A stretch of DNA of 56,037 nt, counting the filler, from Callorhinchus milii (lineage: Eukaryota): assembly GCF_018977255.1 (NCBI RefSeq). It is 2 parts of 2 records of this genome, joined end to end, with 100 filler letters (N's around TTAATTAATTAA, not from the genome) between each part and the next. Parts side by side here need not be neighbours in the genome. Positions count along the whole stretch, not along the records: positions 1 to 27,979 come from NW_024705681.1; 1 more part is not named here. One strand, written 5' to 3'. The notes below the pieces were generated by a model. It made no database searches. It saw nothing but the letters and a program-made list of their open reading frames with translations, and had not been told where the DNA came from. Shown here piece after piece: positions 11,396 through 21,904 of this stretch (its first letter is position 1; the number at the start of each line of letters is the position of its first letter). The translations under genes were made by a program, and so were the position numbers.

Positions 11396-11494
11396 GAGTC
11401 CCGGCATCAAATGGAAGAATTATGTTTCCTGTTAATTCCCATCATTTAGGGAGAGCAAAGTCTCTGTTTCTCTCATTGTCCCTTTCTATATCTG

Positions 11495-11655
<161 letters not shown>

Positions 11656-11759
11656 TTTCCCTCTATGTATATATATATATATGCTTATCTATCTCACTCT
11701 GTGCCTCTCTATCTGTCACTCTCTGTCTCTCAGTATTTCTCCCTCTGTGGCTCGAGTGC

Positions 11760-12100
11760 CCCGACATCCCCTCTATAATGTGGGGCCCAGAGCTGCACAC
11801 AGTGCAGTAAGTGTGGTCAAACCGCGGTTCTATAGCAGTTCACCATCACTTCCCTGGTTTCCCTTTCTATCTCTGTAGAAATGAACCCCAAACCCTGGTT
11901 TGCCTTTTTATGGCCTTATTAACCTGCGTTGCTCCTTTTAGTGAATTGTGGATGTGTAGCCCCCGGTCCCTTTGCTCCTCTCCCCCATTAGGTTTCTATT
12001 TTCCAGGATGTACGTGACTTCCTTATTCCTTCTGCCAACATGTACCGCCTCAGACTTTTCCACATGGAAATGCATTTGCCATTTAAATACCCACTCAGTA
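11760..12100 (-). mobile_element. CR1-type LINE RT fragment
   Basis: Minus frame LTEWVFKWQMHFHVEKSEAVHVGRRN matches the CR1 WQMxFNxxKC motif. Confidence 0.85.
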
Positions 12101-12105
12101 AGTTT

Positions 12106-12345
12106 AATAATAATAACAATAATAATAATCCTTGTCTTTGATATAGTGCTTTTCACATCTTCTGGACGTCTCAAAGCCCTTCACAGAATAGACGGTAAAG
12201 TGAATTGACTGTATATTTGTGGGTGAAATGTGGGAACCAATTGCGCACAACAGTGTCCCACAAACAGTCGTGGGTTGAAATGGCCAATTTATTATTTCTT
12301 TGAGGGGTTATTATCAGGTGTGTGGAGTAAGGACTCCCCGTAGCT
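12106..12345 (-). mobile_element. Deu-domain SINE, 3' part
   Basis: Minus strand CTGTTTGTGGGACACTGTTGTGCGCAATTGG (Deu core), L2-like tail and (TTA)n. Partial paralog at 21229-21385. Confidence 0.8.
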
Positions 12346-12351
12346 TAGGTT

Positions 12352-12443
12352 AGGGTAGAAGATCAGCCGTGATCTTATTAAATGGCGGGGCAGGCTGGAG
12401 GGGCTGAATGGCCTACTCCTGCTCCTACGTCTTATGGTCTGAT
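12352..12443 (+). mobile_element. CR1 3' terminal fragment
   Basis: GATCAGCCGTGATCTTATTAAATGGCGG..GAATGGCCTACTCCTGCTCC, the same tail as 20145-20303 and 37960-38044. Confidence 0.85.
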
Positions 12444-12501
12444 GGCTTGAGGACCCCACACAGTGACTTGGGTTAGTGCCGGAGGTTAACAGCTAAACCC
12501 C

Positions 12502-12519
12502 ATTGGTTGCCATGGAGAT
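12502..12519 (+). promoter_or_regulatory. RFX X-box-like motif overlapping a reverse CCAAT and a Kozak-context ATG
   Basis: ATTG-GTTGCCATGGAGAT resembles the X-box consensus GTTGCCATGG(C/A)(A/G)AC. ETS-like ACTTCCTG at 12546. Same motif at 21446-21463. Confidence 0.4.
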
Positions 12520-12807
12520 TACCACCGAGGGTTGGTTCCGTGCTGACTTCCTGTTGCCAGGTATGTCACCTTGAAGCCCGTTGGGGTCTAAGGAGACCCC
12601 ACGTCCCCCTCCCCCCTCCCCCCAGCAGGCACATGGTTTCCCAGGTTCTGCCCTTATTTGGTAACCAACCTGGTGGCTAACTTGCTCGGTAATGCTCCCA
12701 TTGTTTGGTACCCAATACAGCTGCTGGTCACCAGTTTGGGGCTTGTGTTGCTGACACGGCTCGACAACAGGTTTGGTCGCCAGATGTTGTTCATGAGCCA
12801 CATATAG
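12512..12807 (+). CDS. Putative two-exon 76-aa small hydrophobic protein (exons 12512-12560, 12626-12807)
   Basis: GCCATGG start, CAG|gtatgt donor, 65-nt intron and C-tract CAG acceptor. The phase-1 join is in frame: MEITTEGWFRADFLLP-AGTWFPRF...MSHI*. Confidence 0.38.
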
Positions 12808-15800
12808 AGAGAGACCCATCACTGGGCTTGAGATCCATGGATGTCCCTCAACTTGGAGATTGCTGTGTGTGGGATGGGATGTGTGGCCTCTTAACAGAGT
12901 CGCTTTCTCACTCCATCTCTCTCTGTCTCTCTCTGTCTGTCTCTCTCTCTGTCTCTCTCTCTGTCTCTCTCTCTCTCTGCCCCTTTCTCTGGCTCTCTCT
13001 CGCTCTCTTTCTCTCTCTCTGGCTTCCTCTCTCGCTCTCTTGACCAAAGAAAAATCGCAAATGCTCATGGACTTGTTCTACATCAACAATTTGGAATTTG
13101 GTGAGAGTGGGAATTCTTCAGCGAAAGAGATGCTAGAGAGCAAGAGAGAAGTCTTGAGAGACTCCAGGTAATGAGAGTAATTAGAGACTTCAGCAGCAGA
13201 TTAACCTGGTAAGAGAGAGTGAGTCAGTTGAGAGGGTATATGTCTGTGTGTGTCTCTCTCTGTCTGTGTGTCTCTGTGTGAATGTCTCTCTGTATATGTC
13301 TCCCTTTGTGTATGTCTGTGTGTGTGTCTCTCTCTCTGTGTCTGTGCTTGTTTGTGTGTGTCTCTGTGTGTCTCTCTCTGTGTGTCTCAGTCTGTGTGTC
13401 TCTGTTTCTCTCTGTGTGTCTCTGTCGTGGTGTCTGTTATCTCACAGATCAGATCGATTTCAAGAACCTCTCACTTGTCTACAAATCGGTGGCCACTCGA
13501 GTCGTGACCTGAAGATGGGGAAGGAGGGGGCGAGGGGTTGAGGGGGAGAGTTCCAGAGTTTCGGGTGTAGTGGCTGAAGGCACGAGGATTCCAGCCGTGT
13601 GTGTGTGTCAACCTGTGTATTTTTTTGTTGTGTGTTTCTGTGTGTGTGTATGTGTTTGTCTCTGTGTCTGTCTGAGGGTGTCTGTCTATGTGTGTCTGTG
13701 TGTGTATCTGTCTGGATGTATATGTGTGTGCCTGTCTCTGTGTATGCGCGTCTGCGTGTGTGTGTGTGTGTCTACGTGTGTGTGTGTGTCTGTCTGTGTG
13801 TTCCTGCATGTCTGTGTGTGTATGTCTGTGTCTGTATATGTCTGAGCGTGTCTGTATGTATGTATGTCTGTGTGTGGGTGTGTCTGTGTGTGTGACATTC
13901 TCCCGACGTAAAATGTGCGATATCAATGTAATTTTGTTGTTGTTGTTCTGTGTATGTGTGTGTGTCTGTATGGTGTGTGTGTGTGTCTGTATGGTGTGTA
14001 TACGTGTCTGTGTGTGTGAGAGTCTGCGTCTGTCTGTTTCTTTGTGTGTCTGTGTGTGTCTGTATGTGTGTGTGTGTGTGTGTGTGTGCGTCTCTGTTTG
14101 TGTGCATCTGTGTCTGTGTGTGTGTCTGACATTCTCCCGACGTGAAATGCGCTATATAAATGTTATTTTGTTGTTGTTGTTGTGTGAGTGTGTCTGTATG
14201 GTGTGTGTGTGTGTGTGTCTCTGTGGGTTCGTGTCTGTGTGCGCTCATGTCTGTGTGTGTGCATCTGTGTCTGTGTACATTTGTGTGTGTGTGTGTGTGC
14301 AACTGTGTGTTTGCGTGTCTGTGGTTCTGTGTATGTGCGACTGTGTGAGTGTGTGTGTGTGTCTGCGTGTCTGTGTGTGTGTGTGTGTGTGTCTGCGTGT
14401 GTGTGTCTGCGCGTCTGTGTGTGTGTCACTGTGTTTGTATGTGTGTGCGGTGAAAACATTTCTTCGCTCAGAGGGCAGTGAATTTGTGGACTTGTCTGTC
14501 TGTGTGTGTGTGTATCTGAGTGTGTGTGTCTCTCTGTGTGTCTCTGTGTGTGTGTCTCTGCGTGTGTGTCTCTGTGTGTGTGTGTCTCTCTGTGTCTCTG
14601 CGTGTGTGTCTCTGTTTGTGTGTGTCTCTGTGTGTGTGTGTATGTGTGTCTCTGTGTGTGTGTCTCTGTGTGTGTGTGTCTCTCTGTGTGTGTGTCTGTC
14701 TGAGTGTGTATGCAGGTCTGTGTGTGCGTGTGTCTGCATCTGTGTGTGTGTGTCTGTCTGTGTGTGCTGCATGTCTGTGTGTGTGTATGTCTGTGTCTGT
14801 ATATGTCTGAGCGTGTCTGTATGTATGTCTGTATGTGTGTGTGTGTGTGTCTGTGTGTGACATTCTCCCGACGTAAAATTCTCAATATCAATGTAATTTT
14901 GTTGTTGTTGTTCTGTGTATGTGTGTGTGTGTCTGTGTGGTGTGTGTGTGTCTGTCTGGTGTGTGTGCGTGTGTCTGTCTGGGTGTGTACACGTGTCTGT
15001 GTGTGTGAGAGTCTGCGTCTGAGTGTGTCTCTTTCTGTGTCTGTATGTGTGTGTGTGTCTCTGTGTGTGTGTGTGTCTCTGCGTGTGTGTCTCTGAGTGT
15101 GTGTGTCTCTCTGTGTGTCTCTGTGTGTGCGTGTCTCTGTGTGTGTTTGTGTCTCTGCGTGTGTGTGTGTGTGTGTGTGTCTCTGTGTGTGTGTGTCTCT
15201 CTGTGTGTGTCTGTCTGAGTGTGTGTCTCTGTGTGTGTGTCTCTGTGTGTGTGTCTGTCTGAGTGTGTATGCAGGTCTGTGTGCGTGTGTCTGCATCTGT
15301 GTGTGTGCGTGTGTCTGTCTGTGTGTTCCTGCATGTCTGTGTGTGTGTATGTCTGTGTCTGTGTATGTCTGAGCGTGTCTGTATGTATGTATGTCTGTGT
15401 GTGTGTGTGTCTGTGTGTGTGACATTCTCCCAACGTAAAATTCGCGATATCAATGTAATTTTGTTGTTGTTGTTCTGTGTATGTGTGTGTGTCTGTTGGT
15501 GTGTGTGTGTGTCTGTTAGTGTGTGTGTGTCTGTATGGTGTGTGTGTGTCGGTCTTGTGTGTGTGTGTGTCTGTCTGGGTGTGTATACATGTCTGTGTGT
15601 GTGAGAGTCTGCGTCTGAGTGTGTCTGTTTCTGTGTGTGTATGTGTGTGTCTGTGTGTGTCTGTATGTGTGTGTGTGTGCGTCTCTGTTTGGTGCATCTG
15701 TGTCTGTGTGTATGTCTGACATTCTCCCGACGTGAAATGCGCTATATAAATGTTATTTTGTTGTTGTTGTTGTGTGTGTGTCTGTATGGTGTGTGTCTAT

Positions 15801-16529
15801 GTGGGTGTGTGTGTCTGTGTCTCTGTGGGTTCGTGTCTGTGTGCGCGCACGGCTGTGTGTGTGCATCTGTGTCTGTTTGTGTGTGTGTGTGTATGTGTGT
15901 GCAACTGTGTGTTTGCGTGTCTGTGGTTCTGTGTATATGCGACTGTGTGAGTGTGTGTGTGTCTGCACGTGTGTGTGTGTGTCACTGTGTTTGTATGTGT
16001 GTGCGGTGAAAACATTTCTTCGCTCAGAGGGCAGTGAATTTGTGGAATTCTCTGTCTGTGTGTTTCTCTCTGCTTGTGTGTGTGTGTGTGTGTGTGTGTG
16101 TCTCTGTGTGTGTCTCTGTGAGTCTCTGTGTGTGTGTGTGTGTGTCTGTGTGTCTGTGTGTGTGTGTCTCTGCGTGTGTCTCTGTGTGTGTGTGTGTCTG
16201 TGTGTGTCTATGCGTGTGTGTCTCTCTCTGTGTGTGTGTCTCTGTGGTGTGTCTCTCTGTGTGTGTGTGTGTGTGTCTCTTCATGTGTGTCTCTGTGTGT
16301 GTGTGTCTGTGGTGTGTGTGTGTATGTGTGTGTGTCTCTCTCTCTGTGTGTCTGGTGCTGATCAGTGGCCACGGGCTTCAGCCACTCGAGGAGCCCCTGA
16401 AGATGGGGTCGGAGGGGACAAGTGTTGGGGGAGAGAGTTCCAGAGTTTCGGGGCATAATGGCTGAAAGCGCGGCCGGCGCTGGGGGAGCGGAGGGTACGG
16501 GGATTTCCCCCCTCACTGTCCCGTTGCAG

Positions 16530-16640
16530 CTCGTGTTCAAACTGGAGCAGGAGGAGGACATGAAGGAGCAGGAGGAGGAGCGCAGTGATTTCTACCAGAA
16601 CCACAACATGGACGGAGACGGCATTTGGATGAGATATTGA
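16530..16640 (+). pseudogene. MYO5A-like: Second copy of degenerate myosin-V HVFKLEQEE exon
   Basis: Same as 7088-7198. Confidence 0.75.
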
Positions 16641-17085
16641 ACTGTCTGTTATGGAACATCATAAACGTGGCAATGGTTTCCCTCTGTCTCTCACTCTCCC
16701 TCTCACACTCTCTATCTCTCACTCTCCCTCCTCTCTCTCTCTCTCACCCCCTCTCTCTCTCACCCTCTCAGTGGAGGGGGATCCACTAAGGTTGAGCCGG
16801 GACTCGATCCCCAAACCAGTTGAGATGCTGTGATGGGCTGACGTTGGGGAAGTTTGCAATCAAATGGGCCCAAAGGCCTTTTCCTCCCGAATCTCTCTGG
16901 TGATGTCTTGTGTGGTAACTCGGCCTTATCCTCTTTCAGGCGGTGCAGACAAGGATTTCTATTTCCAGATGGAAAAGGTTCCTGTGGAGTCCTGTGGTGT
17001 AGTGGTTAGAGCACTCGCCCCGCAAGCCAGAGGACCAGGGTTGGATTCCTGGGCACCGCCAAACCTGAGCCAAGTTTCACTGCAG

Positions 17086-17167
17086 GTTTGAAACATTTGA
17101 GATCAACAGATTTGAAGAGTTTGACATCAACGGCGTTAATGAGAGACTCCAACAGCTGATTAACCCG
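17086..17167 (+). pseudogene. MYO5A-like: Second copy of 82-nt myosin-V FETFEIN exon
   Basis: Same as 7631-7712, with AG/GT boundaries. Confidence 0.88.
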
Positions 17168-18429
17168 GTAAGGGAGTGGGAGTCAGTGTGGGAGTGTGTG
17201 GGTGTCTGTCTGTGTGTGTGTACTTCTGTGTGTGTGTGTGTCTCCGTTTACATCTTACTTTGTGTATGTCGCTCTCTCTCTCTCTGTGTATGTCTGTGTG
17301 AATGCCTCTCTGTGTATGTCTCTCTCTACATGTGTGTCTGTCTGTGTGTCTCTCTGTGTGTCTCTGTGTGTCTCTGTGTGTCTCTCTGTATCTCTTGTCT
17401 GTCTCTCTGTGTGTCTCTGTCTTGGTGTCTGTTATCTCACAGATCAGATCGAGTTGAAGAACCTCTCACTTGTCAACAAATCGGTTGAGGGAGAGAGTTC
17501 CAGAGTTTCGGGTGTAGTGGCTGAAGGCACGAGGATTCCAGCCGTGTGTCTGTGTGTGTGCGTCTGTGTGTCTGTTGGGTGAGTGTGTCTATGCTCTGTC
17601 AGTGTGTGTCTGTGTGTCTGTCAGTGTGTGTCTGGGTGTGTGTGGGTTGGGTTTGGGTGTGAAGACCCTCGTGGACAGTGGCTGAAGGTTTGCCCAACAA
17701 TAGATTGGTTTGGGTTCAGTCGGGTGGAATTTTGATCAAGTTTGTCCTGTGTTTGCAGTCGGTGTTTCTAACATGACATTGAACAGACTGGTGTCTGGGA
17801 CCAAAAAGGGAGAAAGAGGCAGAGATTTGGGGTTATATCGGAGAAGAGAGAATGGACTCACTCCCCACAGCCAATCTGGAGGGAAGAGGGATATAGTCCA
17901 ACCAACATGGATCACTGCACGTTAACAAGACAATTCCTACATCAAAGCCCCACATTGATCCCATCAACCCATTGGGTGAACTTTACTAACCTGTCGTCAG
18001 CATTCATTTGATTTGATGAAATGTCATTTTTTTACTCATTTGTATTAATAAATATCAATTGATTGAAGAATTTGTGTTGGTCCTGACTTCACCCCCAGGG
18101 TCACAAGTTTATTTAGCCCTTACAGTCCCTGGAGACCCCTCGGCAAAGCCATCAATGTGTCACCTTGGGGCCAGATCAGCGACAGGGAGACCCCACTTAC
18201 CTTCCCCCCAACCCCAAGGAGGACAGTCAAACACAGCATAATACACAGTCACTACACATCAGATTTTAAAATAAGAGCTTTGAGAATTGCTGTATTGAAT
18301 GTAAGATTGTGATATTTTATTAAAATTCAAACCTTCCAGAAGATGTTTTATGGCCGAGGCCATTTAATCATTGATTGCAGGAACATCAACAAAAACAACC
18401 ACAAATGATATGATAGAGACGCCTTCTCA

Positions 18430-19100
18430 TCGGGGACGTACCAAGCCCTGAACAGTCAGGTTTGGGCCGAGCATCGGGAGGGGGGGTAGGGTGTGGGAGG
18501 CAGAGAGGGCTTGAGACGGACTTAGGAGGGGGAGCGAGGGAAGCCGTGGGATGGGCCAGGTGGGGGCAGAGATTGTGGCGGACCAATCAGGAGGCTCGGT
18601 TTGCTGACGTTGATTGGAGAAAGTTGTCCCTCGTCCAGGATTGATGTGGACAGGCAGTCGGTCAGGACCCCAGTAGTCCTGGAGTTCAGGCGGGAGCAGA
18701 GAGATAGAGTTGGGTGTCATCCGCAGAGTGTGCAAATTTACCCCATGTTTGCGGATGATGTCACCACAGGGGGAGCATGTAGAGGGTGAAGAGGAGGGGA
18801 CCGAGGACAGAGCCCTGAGGAACACCACACGAGACAGTGCGGGGGTGGAGGAGAAGCCGTTTGCCAGACGAAGTGGAGGCGGTGTGAAGGTGGGACTGAA
18901 CCAGTCAAGGACAGAATCTTGGAGGTTGAAGTGGGAGGAGAGGCAGTGGAGGAGGGATTGAGTGGTCCACGGTGTCAAAGGCGGCGGAGAGGTCGAGGAG
19001 GACGAGGAGGCAGAGGGAGCACTGGTCACACATGGTCAGGATGTATTTGGGACCTTGACCAGAGCCGTTTCCGGGCTGTGGGCACAGGACGAGACAGATT
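18430..19100 (-). mobile_element. Degenerate L2 LINE RT-domain fragment
   Basis: Minus strand encodes HSPETALVKV and LLVLLDLSAAFDTVDH, plus a degenerate GVPQGSVLGP region, with frameshifts. Confidence 0.9.
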
Positions 19101-19519
19101 TAAAACTGGGTTAGCGGAGGACTGGGGGTTCCTGAGAGTGGATTTGATGCTCATTCATTAGTGAAGAGCTGTTTGTGTTCAGCCTGGTGTCCGCCACATT
19201 CATCACATTGGCCTTGAGAATATCCAACCAGACTGACATCCACATGTTGTCTGCAAAGCAGTCACTACACTTTACAGTAAAACCCTGTGAAGCGCTTTGA
19301 GACGATTTCACAGCATAATGAGTCCCGGCATCAAATGGAAGTTCCTGTTAATTCCCATCATTTAGAGTCAGCAAATATCTCTTTCGTCTCATTGTCTCTG
19401 TCTATATCTCTGTCTGTCTGTATATTGTCTATCTCCCTCTGTGTCCATATATCCACTGTCTGTCTATCTCCACGCTCTGGTTCCCCATATCCCCTGACTG
19501 AAGCCTTATAATGGATCTT

Positions 19520-19812
19520 GTTTGTCTTTCTATATCTCTCATTCTATGAGTCTCTATATCTCTCACTCTCTGTGTCTCTGTGTCTTTACTCTGACTCTCT
19601 GTGTCCCAATCTCACCTCTGACTCTCTCTGTTCTCATTCTGCTCTCGCTCCTATCTCATCCGGATCACTCTCTCCACTCTCTGTCTCTCTCTCTCTCTAT
19701 CTCTCACTCTTTGTCTCTCTCTCTATCTCTCACTCCTGTCTCCTCTTATCTCTCACTCTGTGTCTCTCTCTCTATCTCTCTCTCTCTGTCTCTCTCTCTT
19801 CTCTATCTCTCA

Positions 19813-19843
<31 letters not shown>

Positions 19844-20112
19844 TCTCTATCTCTCACTCTCTGTCTCTCTCTCTATCTCTCACTCTCTGTCTCTCTCTCT
19901 TCTCTCTCTCTGTCTCTCTCTCTATCTCTCACTCTCTGTCTCTCTCTCTATCTCTCACTCTGTCTCTCTCTCTCTCTCTCTCTCCTATCTCTCACTCTCT
20001 GTCTCTCTCTCTATCTCTCACTCTCTGTCTCTCTCTCTCACTCTCTGTCTCTCTCTATCTCTCACTCTCTGTCTCTCTCTCTATCTCTCACTCTCTGTCC
20101 CTCTCTATCTCT
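19520..20112. repeat. (CT)n-derived minisatellite (CTATCTCTCACTCTCTGTCTCTCT-like units)
   Basis: Pyrimidine-rich degenerate array. Confidence 0.95.
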
Positions 20113-20144
20113 CGCTGACATCAGAATTCTGATAAAAGATCAGA

Positions 20145-20303
20145 ATGGATAGATTTCTAAAGGAGAGAGGGATTAAGGGCTCTGGGGATAGGGCGGGTAA
20201 ATGGAATTAGGTTAGAAGATCAGCCATGATCTTATTAAATGCGGAACAGGCTCGAGGGGCTGAATGGCCTACTCCTGCTCCTATGTCTTAAGGTCTTATG
20301 GTC
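20145..20303 (+). mobile_element. CR1 3' end
   Basis: GATAGATTT..AAGGG..GATCAGCCATGATCTTATTAAATG..GAATGGCCTACTCCTGCTCC and short-repeat tail. Confidence 0.85.
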
Positions 20304-20381
20304 ATCGACCTGAAATGTTGACTCACTTTCCTCTCTCCATAGATGCTGCCTGACCTGCTGAGTGTTCCCAGCCACTTCTGT
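20304..20381 (+). mobile_element. Shark-type interspersed repeat fragment (possibly Penelope-like terminal repeat)
   Basis: GACCTGAAATGTTGACT..CTCTCCATAGATGCTGCCTGACCTGCTGAGT resembles a common chondrichthyan repeat end (from memory). Confidence 0.5.
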
Positions 20382-20834
20382 GATGGTTTAACCAATATCA
20401 GGCTTGGATGGCGAGGCTTGGGGACCCCAGAGTGTGGGTTGGGATACTGCTGGAGTCTGACCATGGCTTTGGCTTGCAGGGTTAACAGAGCTTGAGTGGG
20501 AACAAGATCATAATATTTTCCTGAATTATTATATTTAATCCTTTCACTATTGTTTCATTAGATATAATCAATACATTGGGGAATGAGGCAAACAGGATGT
20601 GTCCCCCCAGGGAGAGAGTGAGAGAGCGGATTCCATTCCAACCATCTATCTCTGGGGTTTCCATGTGTAGGTGGGATGCAGGGAATTCTCAGTTGGGTTC
20701 AATGAACGGATAAATGACAAAGAAATGTCCCCATGTCTGGAATGGGATGGAATGTGCGCTCTCTCCTCATCCTTACCTCATTCCAAAGAGGATGAGGTGA
20801 AGTTTGTCAAGAGTGTGAAGAGCATTAGCTGTAG

Positions 20835-21200
20835 GATGGGGTACTTAGAAAATCCTAACATGATTAGGCAGAGTCACCACGGCTTTACGAAAGGGAAATC
20901 GTGTTTAACAAACCATATAGAGTTTTTTGAGGGTGTACCTGTCAGGTTAGATAGGGGGGAACCAGTAGATGTGGTGTATTTGGATTTCCAGAAGGCATTT
21001 GACAAGGAGTCACATAGAAGTCTTACTGTTTGGAGAATCTGAAACTGGGGTCATAGTCTCAAGATTAAGGGTCAGCCTTTTGAACTGAGTTGAGGAAACA
21101 TTTCTTCGCTCAGAGGGCAGTGAATTTGTGGAATTCTCTACCCCAGAGGCTGTGGCTGCTCAGTCCTTCAACATATTGAAGACTGAGGGTCATAGATTGG
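20835..21200 (+). mobile_element. Internally deleted CR1 LINE (RT N-part joined to ORF2 3' part)
   Basis: SHHGFTKGKSCLTNHIEFFE..VDVVYLDFQKAFDK, then directly [21 protein letters not shown]. Confidence 0.92.
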
Positions 21201-21455
21201 ACAGAGGACGGTATTTGTGAATCGGCTGCAAAGTGAATTGACTGTATATTTGTATATTTGTGGGTGAAATGTGGGAACCAATTATGCACAACAGTGTCCC
21301 ACAAACAGCCGTGGGTTGAAATGGCCAATTTCTTATTTCTTTGAGGGATTATTATCAGACGTGTGGAGTAAGGACTCCCCGTAGCTTAGGCTCGAGGGGC
21401 TGAATGGCCTACTCCTGCTCCTACGTCTTAGGGAGACCTAAGCCCATTGGTTGCC

Positions 21456-21753
21456 ATGGAGATTACCACCGAGGGTTGGTTCCGTGCTGACTTCCTGTTG
21501 CCAGGTATGTCACCTTGAAGCCCGTTGGGGTCTAAGGAGACCCCACGTCCCCCTCCCCCCCTCCCCCCCAGCAGGCACATGGTTTCCCAGGTTCTGCCCT
21601 TATTTGGTAACCAACCTGGTGGCTAACTTGCTCGGTAATGCTCCCATTGTTTGGTACCCAATACAGCTGCTGGTCACCAGTTTGGGGCTTGTGTTGCTGA
21701 CACGGCTCGACAACAGGTTTGGTCGCCAGATGTTGTTCATGAGCCACATATAG
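21456..21753 (+). CDS. Putative two-exon 76-aa small protein, copy 3 (exons 21456-21504, 21572-21753)
   Basis: Same structure as 12512-12807; intron 67 nt. Confidence 0.38.
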
Positions 21754-21868
21754 AGAGAGACCCATCACTGGGCTTGAGATCCATGGATGTCCCTCAACTT
21801 GGAGATTGCTGTGTGTGGGATGGGATGTGTGGCCTCTTAACGGAGTCGCTTTCTCACTCCATCTCTCT

Positions 21869-21904
<36 letters not shown>

